From contig OZ254086.1 of the NCBI GenBank assembly GCA_965267575.1, positions 32,001-96,000 of the forward strand: a stretch of 64,000 nt of DNA. The letters are read 5' to 3'. Below are positions 48,384 through 61,300 of the stretch, one piece after another; the first letter of the stretch is position 1, and every line of letters starts with the position of its first letter. This stretch comes from Calditrichales bacterium. GTDB lineage: Bacteria; Calditrichota; Calditrichia; Calditrichales; J004. Under the pieces are notes generated by a model. It made no database searches. It saw only the letters and a list, made by a program, of their open reading frames with translations, and was not told the DNA's origin. Position numbers and translations under genes: made by a program.

Positions 48384-49838
48384 ATGCATTATACACTTAC
48401 GAAATCCAAGTATCTCAATGCATTACAGTGTGCAGGATGGCTATGGCTGGAAAAAAACCAACCTAAGCTTGCTGCGCCTTTATCTGCGGCAGATAAGTAC
48501 GCAATAAAAAAGGGAAATGACGTCCATAAATTTGCACAATTAGCATTTGACAATGGAGTAAATGCCTATCGCCAGGACTTAGATGAAGCGATTGAAGCCA
48601 CAAAAAGCGCAATCAATAAGAGTGAAGTAATTTTTGAACCATCCTTTGTCTTTGATGAAGTTTTAGTAAGAAGTGATATACTTAAGAAAAATTCAAACGG
48701 ATGGGACTTAATTGAGGTGAAATCTTCAACTAGGGTAAAAGAAGAATTTATACCAGACCTGGCCATTCAAAAGTATGTATTAGAACAAAACGGTTTAGAG
48801 ATAAACAAATGTGATCTGATGTTTATTAACAAGGAGTGTGAATATCCTAATCTTGATAACCTATTTGAATATCAGAACTTGGACGATGAGATAAATGCTC
48901 ATATAGAAATAGTTCCAAAAAAGATATCATTCTTTAAAGAAGTTCTAAATAGTCCACATAAATATGACAAGGGAATAGGTGATCATTGTAAAAAACCACT
49001 ATCCTGTCCTTTTCAAGACCATTGTTGGCAAAGCATACCAAAACATTCAATCTATTCTGTTCCACGGCTACGTTGGGAGAAAAAACAACAACTCATCGAT
49101 GATGGTATTATAAAAATCGTTGATATACCTGATACTTTCCCATTAACAGATTTACAAAAAAGCTATGTTAATGCTGTTAAACAGGAATCTATATATATAA
49201 ATAAAAACGGTATTAGAGATGATTTAAATAGTTTTAATTTCCCTATCTACTTTTTAGATTTTGAAACAGATACATTTCCAATACCAAGATATGAAAAACA
49301 ATGTCCGTATGACTTAGTGCCATTCCAATACTCCTGCCACATATTACATGAAGACGGCAGCCTCGAACATAAAGAATTTTTGCACTCTGATTTAGAAGAC
49401 CCAAGACCTCCCTTTATTGAATCACTAATAACATGCGTTTCAAATGCTTCTGGATCAATTGTCGCATACAATGCTTCTTTCGAAAAAAGGGTGTTAAATA
49501 TTCTTGCTGAAAGCTTTCCTAATTACGCTACTCTGCTAGTGGATTTTGCTAATCGATTATTTGACCTATTATTGACTGTTAGAAATAATTATAACCATCC
49601 TGACTTCGAAGGTTCTTTTTCATTAAAGAAAGTCTTGCCGGTGTTGGCGCCTGATTTGACTTATACTAATCTGGCTGTACAAAAAGGAGATGATGCTTCC
49701 GCTTTCTGGAATGACATGATTCATGAGAAGGATGCAGGAAAAAAGAATAGGTCTATTAAATCATTAAAAGAATATTGTAAATTAGATACATTAGCGATGG
49801 TCAGAATATACGAATATTTGAAAACTGTTTCTCAATAA
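48384..49838 (+). CDS. DUF2779 protein (Cas4-like nuclease plus RNase H-like domain)
   Basis: LTKSKY..C, VRSDIL..IEVKSST, C..P..CPF..HC, FLDFET, PFQYS, GSFSLKKVLP, YCKLDTLAM. Confidence 0.85.
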   Translation: MHYTLTKSKYLNALQCAGWLWLEKNQPKLAAPLSAADKYAIKKGNDVHKFAQLAFDNGVNAYRQDLDEAIEATKSAINKSEVIFEPSFVFDEVLVRSDILKKNSNGWDLIEVKSSTRVKEEFIPDLAIQKYVLEQNGLEINKCDLMFINKECEYPNLDNLFEYQNLDDEINAHIEIVPKKISFFKEVLNSPHKYDKGIGDHCKKPLSCPFQDHCWQSIPKHSIYSVPRLRWEKKQQLIDDGIIKIVDIPDTFPLTDLQKSYVNAVKQESIYINKNGIRDDLNSFNFPIYFLDFETDTFPIPRYEKQCPYDLVPFQYSCHILHEDGSLEHKEFLHSDLEDPRPPFIESLITCVSNASGSIVAYNASFEKRVLNILAESFPNYATLLVDFANRLFDLLLTVRNNYNHPDFEGSFSLKKVLPVLAPDLTYTNLAVQKGDDASAFWNDMIHEKDAGKKNRSIKSLKEYCKLDTLAMVRIYEYLKTVSQ

Positions 49839-50914
49839 TCTCATGTTTGCGTGAGTCCATTTCCCTCGGCTGTAAGATAGGCCTATTCCGTAGCAGACAC
49901 ACAAAAAAAGGTTATGCTAAATAAAGCTACTTTGATGTATATTGCACAATATAAGACGTTTTTACCTTAAGTATTTATTTTTAAATGACTTATAACCCCA
50001 CCCTAGTTTATTAGTATGTGGGATAGAGCAGAATTGGGGTTTGCATACCACTACCCCACTAAAAAACTGGGGCCTATTTGAACATGCCCCCATCTGATTT
50101 ATCAGTTCTAAGAATCAGTGTTTATCTTGATTAAAATACAGCCCAGCTCAACTATTAAAGCTATTCCGCATAATATAATAGCTAAAGTTACCTGTTGCAT
50201 CCACGTTTACTCAACGTGGCCACCATTAATCCAATGGTCATTTACTCCGGCATAAATTGTCGCTGATATCTCATCCCAAAGTCTAGATGAGCAAATTTAA
50301 AATAGAACTCGTCTCTATTTATGCTAATTTAATATAGGTAGATAATAATCACTTTACAAACTTGAGAAAAAAAATCATAACTGGGTTCTTTTCGATTAAT
50401 CTTCGTTAGTTCAATTGTCTTTAAAACCGATTAGTTACAAATTTTGTAACTGATCATCTCCCAATTAAGCCATTTCTATACCGTGATTTTGCTATCGGTT
50501 ATCTAATAATCAAATTAAAAAAATAATCAAATGGACGTAGTGATTGGATTCTGTTCCAATAAATGGAACAGAGTATTTAGGCTGTCGTTTTGGCGCACTT
50601 GACTGTCATTTTTGCATTTTTAGTAATTATTTCGTATATTTATTTATAGTTAGTTAAACACTTAAAAGGAGATAAAACAATGACTTAGAGTACGCAATAT
50701 ATAAATGGGTAATCGGTCTTACCCGTGTCCAATAAACAGCTTTATAGCACGTATTGGCATTCTTTCAAAGACATTATTAGTGCGTTTTACACACCGAAAA
50801 ACGCCCGTTCCTTATAACAATAAAGGATTAGTCTCCATTAATTAGTTATAAAATCCTAATCAAAACGTGCGTTTAATTTTCAAAACTAACCTAAATAGAG
50901 AGGAGAAGTACGTC

Positions 50915-51865
50915 ATGTTTGATCGTATATCCATATATCTTCCTAAATCTAATTACCCTTATGGGTTGAAGAAAAAGCAAGTCGGCAAAATTTGTATACA
51001 GTCCGATGATCGTGGTGGAAAAATCGATTTTAACCCAAACAGTTATTTTGATTCTACCAACTATAATCCGGTCGACTACGATGAATTCACAGAGGTTGTT
51101 GACGATGTTATCAAACGCGTCCAGGCGCAGAATATCGATATTGACGAAGGCAACATTGAGCTCTGTAGTATTGAGCTTTATCGTGATATAATCGCAGATT
51201 TCTGTTTTGAAAAATATATACCGCTATTTTTGTTTTTCAAGATGGCCCGGACCAAGCATAAGAAGATCAAGAATAGCTACTATTGGATAAATGGTGAACG
51301 TGAGTTCTACATTTATGACAAAAAAGCTCAATTGTGCAAATACTGTCTTAATGAATCTAATGTCCCGGATAATCTTATTCGCTTTGAGATGCGATTTAAG
51401 AACAAAGACTCTATAAAGCGACACTTGGGCATCAATAACTTAAATGAAGTTTTAAATAAAGAGCGTTACAATTCTCTAGGTTTGGTTTTTCAGGAACAGT
51501 TAGAAAAGGCAGTATTACGGTTCGGTAAACCGGCTCCACGAAAGCTAATTTCATTCTCCAGGGAACTAGACGCGCTAAAGGGTTATATTCAAAATTACGG
51601 AGGATTTAAGGATTACGTAGTGTCGCACGGTCTTCGAAACTTAATCGATCACTATGGATCATTAGACAATTTTAAACAGGTCTTATTGTCAATTGGTATA
51701 AATAAGGGTACTGTTTACAAAAACGTCCGCAAGCTCCAATTAATATTAAACGATGTTTCTGAGTTTCCTGCGGAGCATGTACATTGTTCATTAATTCGGA
51801 ATTACAGAGAAATAAAGCGAAAGCTGTTTGCTCCATACACGGTCGAAAGAAGGGAGGTGGCATGA
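50915..51865 (+). CDS. phage/plasmid replication initiation protein (gene II/X-like)
   Basis: IELYRDI, EFYIYDKK, NLIRFEMRF; AGGAG RBS; ATGA overlap with the excisionase. Confidence 0.65.
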   Translation: MFDRISIYLPKSNYPYGLKKKQVGKICIQSDDRGGKIDFNPNSYFDSTNYNPVDYDEFTEVVDDVIKRVQAQNIDIDEGNIELCSIELYRDIIADFCFEKYIPLFLFFKMARTKHKKIKNSYYWINGEREFYIYDKKAQLCKYCLNESNVPDNLIRFEMRFKNKDSIKRHLGINNLNEVLNKERYNSLGLVFQEQLEKAVLRFGKPAPRKLISFSRELDALKGYIQNYGGFKDYVVSHGLRNLIDHYGSLDNFKQVLLSIGINKGTVYKNVRKLQLILNDVSEFPAEHVHCSLIRNYREIKRKLFAPYTVERREVA

Positions 51866-52209
51866 GTAATATGAGACAAAATAAAAACAATTTTCAAAGC
51901 GCATCCATTGATCGCGATGGAATTCTGGATATGATATTGGAAAAAATAAGTAAGCTCGAAAAAGCATTGCACATAAACTCAAAGCCCTTTTTAAATGTTA
52001 AGGAGTTGAGTAAGCTTACAGGAATTCCTCAAAATACAATATACCAATACACCCACAACAACATTATTCCATACCATAAAGTAGGAAAGCGTATTTTCTT
52101 TAATCGGGAAGAAATTGAAGCGTTCATACTTGATGATATGAAGCGCTATAAATCAAGCAAAGAAATTGAAGCGGAAGCAAAGAGGTATGCAGCAACATCT
52201 GGTTGGTAA
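51862..52209 (+). CDS. excisionase-like HTH_17 DNA-binding protein
   Basis: FLNVKELSKLTGIPQNTIYQYTHNNIIPYHKVGKRIFFNREEI; GGAGGT RBS. Confidence 0.85.
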   Translation: MSNMRQNKNNFQSASIDRDGILDMILEKISKLEKALHINSKPFLNVKELSKLTGIPQNTIYQYTHNNIIPYHKVGKRIFFNREEIEAFILDDMKRYKSSKEIEAEAKRYAATSGW

Positions 52210-52219
52210 ACACTCTGAT

Positions 52220-52243
52220 GCCCGCCTTTCGGCGGGCTTTTTT
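52220..52243 (+). terminator. intrinsic terminator
   Basis: GCCCGCC-TTTC-GGCGGGC followed by T6. Confidence 0.85.
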
Positions 52244-52357
52244 AGTATATATTTGAATGTATTAAGATTAAAAATCATCGTACTTATTCCAACCAACCAA
52301 TATCAGCTAACTAAAAAAATCTATAATTTACAACCAATGGAAATAAGCAACCTGCAA

Positions 52358-55300
52358 TTAGCTTGACTTAATTTTATACCGCAAGAGGACAAAAATGTCC
52401 TCAATATTGGATGGTTCGCTTTCTAAGAGTTCAATTGTCCATTTTCCGGGCTCATGACCGCTATTTAATTCCTGGAATGGGATGCAATAAGGTAAGCCTT
52501 CAACCGAACTGCCGTTAAGTTTAAAATCCTGATCAGTAAACTCTGGTCCACCTTCTCTTTTAAAGGTGAACTTGATTGGATTGTTATCGTCGTAAGCGGA
52601 ATCTCCTGTCATTTTGAGCAACAAAAATGCTGTATCGAATTCAATGTCTTTGCCTTTTACAATCAATGGGAAACTGTCTTTATTCAAATTCATTATCAAG
52701 CTATGAGCCGTGGAATCACCCGCCGGGTTGAGAAAACGGTGCCACTCAGATGAAAACTCCTGACGAGCACTGAACATTCGGAAAAGACCTTCACTGTTTT
52801 CGAGAATCCGCTGAACATAAGAGCTGGCTGCTTCCTGAAATGCCGTTCCGCCATCACGGGCTGTGTAATTAAGATGTATAATGACATCTGATATCGTTTC
52901 GTAATCGAACTGATGGTATTCGCCAGGCAGCTCAAGTCTCCACCGACTAATAGCACCGGCACCTTCAAAGGGTAAATATCGTTCATCTCGGAAATTGAAT
53001 TCAAACATACCGCTGTCGTTTTGTGCGGAGCTTGTGGCAATAGATTTTATTCCCAGAACATTATGCATAAATCGGTCTCTTTCCAGGTCCTCAGGCGTAT
53101 GGGCGTAGCCATTGGATGTTTCAGTTGTGCGACGAATACGATTGGATAGCAGAGTCAATTTAGCATTGACGTTAGTGTAAGGCCCGGTAACACAGGGAAT
53201 GGTAATGCTGACTGATTTAATTCGTCGCATGTATTGTCCGGGGAAATCGAGGTCAAAGAATACCTCAGGAATTTCGAATTCACATGATCCGGTTTCACGC
53301 AGCTTGAGGAGTTGTTCGGGATTTAGCATGACCAACGAAACATGTTTTGTTAATTCAAACTCACGTTTATTTTGGTCAAAATAAGCCGTTTCCATACGTT
53401 TAAGATCATGATGCAGCTTCTCTCCGGCGAGCAGGCCTTTCTTCAGGCTGTCCCAATAGCCAAACCGGATGAAGTTGGAATCTGTCAAACCAAGCTCGTG
53501 GCGGAAGGCCCTTTCTGCTCTTTTAGCGATATCATACGCCAATTGATAACTTTGAAAATACATACTGGAAACCTGGTTGACCATCCATTGATAGAGTTCC
53601 TTGTTGGTGAACTTATTGCGCATGAATTCATCTACTTCATTGGCATTTTCTATCTGCGTTTCATGGTTTTGCAGCTCCAGTTCAGCAATTTCTTTGCGGA
53701 TTTCTGCAGCGACGAGTTGCTTATTTAGCTGGTTCATTTCTTTCTTAGCTATATTCGCTTGATGGTCCCATTCCTCCTTGCGCTGCCGATAGCCACCAAG
53801 GGTTGCGCTCAGATTCGCTGAGGTATTTAACCATGCAACATGAGAACCTAGAGAATCCGCTCCCGCTTGAAGAGCCTCTCCGATATTGCTTCCTCCTGTT
53901 AAAACGCCAGCAGTTGTCGGAGCGCCTATTTTTAAGAGCCCAATTGTGTGAGCGGTAGCGGCTGCAGTTTCCCCAAATGACTTTTTAAGTTGAATTAACA
54001 AACTTGAACCCAATAGACCCAGATGAATCCATTCCCATGGATTCATTAGTCCCTTGTTTGAATAATGGTCAATTCGAGCTTGTAAAACGTCTCGATATCT
54101 CTTCAAACCTTCTAGTGATTCTTCTGCCTCATTTCGCTGTTTATTACGGATATTGTTTACTGCGCTTAACAATTGCAATTCCTGCGAGGAACGAAGCAAA
54201 CTCAATTCTTCAGCATCCCGTTTCTCCAACGCAGACAACAGCGCACCACCCAGCGACCTCAAATCATTGCACAGCTCAACCGCTTTTTGAAGCATGACAT
54301 TAAAACGGTAATGCGGTAGAGCGGCATTCATGTCATTCAAGGCGCTGTTGAGATCAACTCCCAGTGCCGCAGCACGAACCAGCAAAGCCGGATCAATAGG
54401 CGGTTCAAACAGGGGCAGTTGGCGAACAACGCCTTCAATGCTCATACAGTGGCGGATTTTGAAAAGACGGTCAGCCACGGTATCCCAATAGCGCAGAAGG
54501 TTATCATTCTTTGATAAGTAAAACGTTAGCGGCAGCGTTATCTCCGCGTCATCGGTCGGCGATAGTGTACCATTGCTCGATTCTGCCACAAGATTCTCAA
54601 TCTCTATGAGGGGATCTGAGAAACCGCCTTCCTGAAGTCTTGCCTCAAGCGAGTTGAAAGTATCCGGTTTTTGCCCATGGCGCGGCGGAATGTTTTCCGG
54701 TCTCCGGCCGAGGATCTCTGCTGCCATTATGTACAACTGGGTTGCCTCATTGATTGACTCGATAGTGTCTCGTCGGAAGAGTTGATCGCCCCAATCAATC
54801 AGGTTGTCGATATATTTCATTACCACAGCTTTTTGGTAGGCCACTGGGCGCAGCCGGGCGACCATGTGCGGCTGAAACGCATTGTTTCGCCAACGTGCGA
54901 CTTGCTGTTTCAATTCACCGTTACTCTCCCCTTCGGCAAGTTGATTCAACAGTTCCTGGATCCTCTGGGCTGCATAGCCAGCCCGGGTTCTCTCATAAAA
55001 ATCCCGGGTACGCCAAAACCGTTGTGGTGCGGGTTCGTTTGATGCATCTGTCGGATCAAATATATAATGAAACCACTTTTGTGCTTCTTCAAAGCGTTGA
55101 TTCTGACTTAAACTGGAGGCAATTAGAAATGGAATATGGAAAAACAGCTCCCAATTGTAGATCGAATATGCACCATACATGGAGAAATCAACATCTTCAA
55201 GTGGACCGGGTTGGGCTACAATTGATTTAGGCTCATATATGTTAAAAAACTCTGCCCTCTTTAACTGAATACTTCGTTGAAGCAAACCGCCAATGCCATC

Positions 55301-58300
55301 CCGATTCAGGTTTTTAACAAAGTGACAAACATATGGGTGATAATGCAGGTGGAAGCGATAGCGCTTTCTGCGTAGCAAAGCCGAAGTTTTTCTACGAATG
55401 AGCGCGTCTAAACCTGTAGAAATATTAGGTTGGGTTACTTGTGGAATTTGTATAATCGGTGTCGATTCCATTCGAAAGCGCGAATCATTAGGCAGATTTA
55501 CCACAGGAGAGGCACCCTGATAAAAATGACTAACAATGTCCCGATTTTGTAGGAAATCAATTACTGAGTCGTTGGGAAGAATAATATCCATAGGTGTTAA
55601 AAAAAACGTTCGAGTTTCATCCTGAAAGAAGAATGGTCTTTGGCCTGTCTGGACAGTATAAGGGCTAATGCCGTTTGCAATAGCGTCTTGATGAGCATAG
55701 AGAATATAGTAAGGAGAAAGACCTGGCGTCTTTTGTAGTGCAATAGAATTAGTTGTGTCCCCGCGGAGATATAGTTTTCCATTCTCGATATCCGCTTCTT
55801 GCAACATCATTCCTTGAGGTCTAGTTTGAATCAAACCAGGAATGTTAAATAATTGGAGAAAAGTATGGCTATCCTTCACAATGCTGGCGCCAGAATCGCA
55901 AGCTGTAAAATGGAAAGAGTTGATGCGCTTATAAGTGGGATCATTAATAATCTCAAAATTACTACTGATAGCCCAGATAAAAAGTCCATTGCTGCTGATT
56001 CTGTATTTAAACAAATGAAGTCCTATCCCTTTGTCTTCCAAGTTTTCGTCGGGAGTAATTACAGATCTTATCGAATTCGCAGTTACTCTTTTTGCCTGCC
56101 ATGAATCATTCTTACATTCACTCCAGGCGAGCCTTATCTCCCAATATTTTTCACCTTCTTCGACTTCCTCTCCCGCGCCAGGCATTGTTACAGGAATCTT
56201 CTCCTGCTTCTCTTCAAAAATCGGCCAGAACAAATAAAGCCGGCGGTTCCAGACCACCGGAATTAAGTGGTCGCCTTCAATATCCAGATCTACTCTCTCC
56301 CAGGGCGTCCAATACGAATCATCAACACGGCGGCGGTAGAAATAAATATGTGGTATTTCACGGGTGCGCCCAAAGACATGCAGAACATTCACCAGCCGCT
56401 CGTTTCCCTGGTGCCCCGGGATGGTCTCCTCCTCATGATACATACCGACGATTTCCAGCCTCGCCACCTGGTCCAGTTTTTCCAAATAGTGCCGAAAAGC
56501 GGTTTCCGCGGTCTCCATGGTGATGTCGTTTTGTAGCAGTTCGTTTTCCAGTTCTTTAAAAAACGGTGATTTGTCATGACGCAGTGCCGGTTCAATCCAA
56601 TTTTCCGGGTAAAGAAAAATCTTGCGATTGGCCTCCCACACCCGGTAATTTTTCATCCACTCCCAGTGCGTCCAATGTGAATCAATTTGGCTGTTAACGA
56701 CCACTTGTGGTTCGAGATTCATCAGGCAGCGCTGCACAAATAGCTGGGTTGAGCTGAGTGCCTGTTTGATGCGCGAAGTAAGCTGGCAGGCGCTCATTTC
56801 CACATCGATGAGAAAATGGGCATACAGATCGTTGACATCCTGCCAATGCTGATGCTTGTCAGCATCAGGGCGCACCACGAGATAAGCAACCAAGGCGTCA
56901 CGTTGTTTTTCACGCAGCTCATCTCGTAACGGCTGAGCGATAGTTAACCACCTGTCAACTTCGTAGCGAGTTTTGGCGGCTTGAATGGCGCCACGGGCAT
57001 CAGTGCTGGTCATCTCCGGTCTGGCCCAGGCAAAACATTGTGCCGTTGAGACACCCAGTCGCTTCATCATTTGGAAGCAGTCATACACCCGGGAAAGCGC
57101 TTTTTTGTCACAGATGTTATTTGGAAAGGTAAGGTCCAAACCCGACGATCCGGTGAGCGCTGTCAGTTCCGCTCCATCCCAGCCGGTGTGCTCAACAAGT
57201 TGATTCAGGATATTATTATGCGTTGTATCCGATGCAAATATGTCCCGTAAGACCAAAGCACCATTATGCAGCTTGTCGCGGAGCAACAACAGGTTTACCA
57301 GACAGTCAAACTGTTTAAATTTTTCCTTAGGAAAGCCGCCCAATTCAACAGGCAGATCATTTAAATTAAATGAGCTGTGCGTTACCGCTTTAAAAACCCA
57401 ATCCAGTTCAAATGGCTGTATGTTAAAAGCAGAAATAATAGTGGCAATCTTGTCCAGACGGATTAAAGACTGAAATGGATCGCTGAAGGTCTCAGGGATT
57501 ATTCTGACATTAGGATTACTTTCCGCAAAAGCCGGCGCAAGAAAATCTTCGATGCAGTTCTTGCTTGAATCCGAAACAGCATTTATCCACTCCATCAGAA
57601 GTTTTTCTACCGATTCTATTTCCAGATTAAGTGCTTCGCTAAGAAGCTGAGAGAGCAAATTCTCACTCAACCGGCGACGAAGATGAGGTATAAGTTTTTC
57701 TAAAATCAGTCTGAACTTGTCGTTGGCCTGATTGTCTGGATTAACCAGATAATTAATATCACTGGTTTCTGTAATAAACGCCGATGCTGGATCATTTAAT
57801 TGCGAATCCGGCCCATCAAATAATTCATCGATGGCATCTGAATAATCCCCATTCGATGACAGGTCTTTGAGCAAATCTCTTTCAGCCTCGCTCATTGCTC
57901 CTTTGAAATGCAGCTTTTCCGTGGAAGGCTCATAATAAATTTTGTTAGATAATTCCTCTGTGAAGTCGGGAATATCATTACTTGAAACAGAAGTCGTGGA
58001 AACATAATCGGGAATATGAAAGGTTTTCATATTGCGCCGGATAAAATCTCCAGGCGAATCATTGGATATGGGATCGTTTATTATGGATATGATTTGTGCG
58101 ATCAGACGGTCTTTCCATTGCAGCAATGCCAAGCTCTGACCGGTAAGCTCGCCGGTACGATCCTGAATCGTGTCATTAAAAACATACGTTTCGGCAATCT
58201 GATGCAGCCCGGTGCGACATACGCCGAGAGTCCGCGCAATTGTTTCTTCTGACGGTTCAAGCGTTGTTCCGTCTCTTTTCTGATGACGCAGCAGGTAATC

Positions 58301-61300
58301 GAGCTCGGTTACAGAAATACCAGCCTCGCGCAATTTTGCAACTACCTCCACGAGATCCAGCGTATTTTGGGTGTTTGCGGGATCAAAAGGATTGATGCCG
58401 GTCAGTTCAATCAGCGTGCGCGTATCGCGCATCGATAGCCGTAATGCCCCGGCTAATTTTATAATGCGATACAATTTGGAAAGACCCGCCAGCGTCAGTT
58501 CATCGGGAATTTGAATTGCTTCCTGAAGATCTGGATCAAGTGCATCTTTCAAAGCTTGCTCAATATCATTCATCAGGTATTGCAGCTCTGACTGTGTAAC
58601 GGGAAGGGACGCAAGAATGGTAGCGGCATTGTCTGTTATTTTTTGGTTAGATGAATCCACCTTCACTTTTTCGATCTTAAACTTAGGATCAACCGGATTA
58701 GTGACCGCTGGATTCTGGAAAAGCCGGTGATAAAGCGAGTCATCACTTTCCGTAGAAATATTTCCCCAGAACGTGAGCAGTTCTTCCAGCGGCAGGTTGA
58801 GCCGCGATAGAAGACTTTGAATATGTGCAAGCTGAATAATAAGGTTTGCATTCAAGCGGTCGTTTAGAACAACACCGTCCTGCAGAACAGCTATTGCACT
58901 GTCCAGATCGGCGACTTCCCAGCCAAGTTTGCGCCACAGCCGAACAAAGCGGTGTAGACGATGGGCGGCGTTAGCGTCCAAGCCGATAATCTTTAGTTTC
59001 TGAGTATTACAGGTAAAAGGATCTTCTTCATCGCCCGATTTAATTTTGATATTGCCATCCGGATTGACGAATTTTGTTTTCAGTAGGTCATTTAACTCTT
59101 GATAGCTCAACTGCGAACGGTCGAGCAATACCCTGACCCACAGCAAGGCTTCTACCCACCCAACGGGATTTTCCTCATTGGGAATCGTATTGCCCTGTTC
59201 CTGCAACCCCCAGAATTTCCACGGTTCGGTTAAGACCGGATCATTGCGGATAATCGCATGTTCAGCCGCGGTTAGCCCCAATTGCTCGGCGGCAATATCC
59301 AGCTCCGAAGGCTGTGGTGATGTGCCGCCTTTTTGAAACACACGCATCAGCTCATGCCTCTGCACGCCCAAATGTCCCAAATACGTGCGCACTTCTTCAG
59401 TCCAAAGGTCAAATGGAAGCGTCAATGGAAATAGAGCTTCGCGGAGTACGGCATACGCATCACTGTTGATGTATTGAGGATTGGCTAGCAAAGCCTCGAC
59501 CGTACCAGAAGTTTGACGGCTTCGGGCGACAACTTTTAAAGTGCTGTTTTCTTTCTTAATGGTATAAGTGAATGCCGCATCCTGGATTTTCCAGTTTTCA
59601 TCGGGAGATTCAGTGGTGATCACGGCACTTGCTGCCAAGGCAGGCGTGAAGGCATTTTGCAGCACTTCGGTAACAATACCTTCATTCAAATTACTCTCGA
59701 GAGCAGCATCGAGTGGGAACGGGGTGGATGGCGCTGCCGGAGAAACCGCCTCTTCCAGGATCTCATTCACTAAGTCGATATAGGGCAAGGTGGTATTGGT
59801 ATTCTCACAGCTCAGCTCGATTTCTCCCAAGTCGGGACGTCTCCCGAATAAAGCATTTTTGGCAGTTTTGTCATCTTGAAATATTACTTCGGTAATATTA
59901 CCATCTTCGTCCCGTTCAATTTCGTCAATCAACTTGCGGTCTTTGAGAAAGTGCAGCAAATCCACCAGGTAGGCCGCAGGGCTATACGCCGAACGGCAAT
60001 GTTTACAATCGCAATAATCCAGGGAGCCAAAAAGCGTTTCCCAATCGGGGATATCTTTAATTATAGCAGCACTATCCGAAGGAGCGGCGGCAGCCATGTT
60101 ATCCGGCTGGTTGGAACCCTCTGCGTTTTCTGTTTCAACCGGTGATTCCGCCGGCAGTACCGGCATGCTTATTTGACTATTGGAATTGTATTTTACATAG
60201 AGATGCTTAGCAGTTGCCGAAGCTTGTGCCGCCTTTTCGTAAATAACTAATGTCCGGTCGGCACCAAATTTTTTCTGATATCTATTTAAAAAAGTGCCCT
60301 TCCCCATCCTGGCAATTTGATAGGCGGATTCGTAACCATCTTTAAGGAGAGTTCCCATTTCCGAATAATAATGCGTCAGTTTGAAGAGGCGTTGTATGCC
60401 TTTGATTTGCTTTTTTAGGGCATCAGGATTTTGCACCCCCTCCATGGCGTCTTCATTATCTGCCAAATATTTTTCCAGGTAAGTCCTGGCCAGCTCAAAC
60501 TTCGCATCATCGGCGTGTACATTTTTAGCAAAGAAAGTATTTAGATCTTTCCTGCCGGTAGTGGTATCTTTCACAAGACGATAAGCGACAGCGGCCGTTG
60601 GGTAGGCGTCTTCCAGCATATATGCTAAAATCGTCGCGTAATTGGTTGCTTTTTCTTCGTTGCTTTCGCCGGGGATAAAGGGTGGAAAACCAATTGACCG
60701 TCTGCCCCTTCCCATAATGATTTCTTTCCACTCCTGCGCATCAAATTGTGCCAGGTCCCTGGCGATAGATATCTGTCCGCGGCTTCGCCTGCGCTGGAGC
60801 TCCTGAACCAGGGGGACATGATTCCAGGTCATGGCGCCTGCTTCTGACATAAATCTCAGGTCGTCGATCTTGTCTTTAAAAGCAGAGTTATTTTCAAGGT
60901 TTTTCCAAAACTCTTCTGGTGTTCCGCCGTGATTGCTATAGGCCTCGAGAAAGGCGCGTTGATCGCTTTTTTTCTTTAGTGTTGTTGCCAGCAAATCACC
61001 CACCGTATAGGTTCCGGGTTTTTCGGGGGGCTCAAAAGCCTGGTCAATGGCAAGTTTCTTAATTTGGTTTAAGACGGCCTTGACTTTGTTATCAGAAAGG
61101 AGAGAGATGATGTTATTTCGTGAAGCTGTTTTCAGTGCAAGTTCAATGCTATCCGGGCTTTGAACCAGCATGGCGGACAACTCCGGGGGTATATTTTGGC
61201 GTAGAAGGGCATACATAATTTCAGGAGATATTTTTGTTGTTGCCGAAAGACGGTGGGCCTGGGCAAGAAAGCCAATACGCTCCTGAGGTTCCCCCGTTTC

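Noticed and set aside
50666-50712. Strong RBS and ATG upstream of rep
   Set aside because: A stop follows after two codons; at most a dead small gene.
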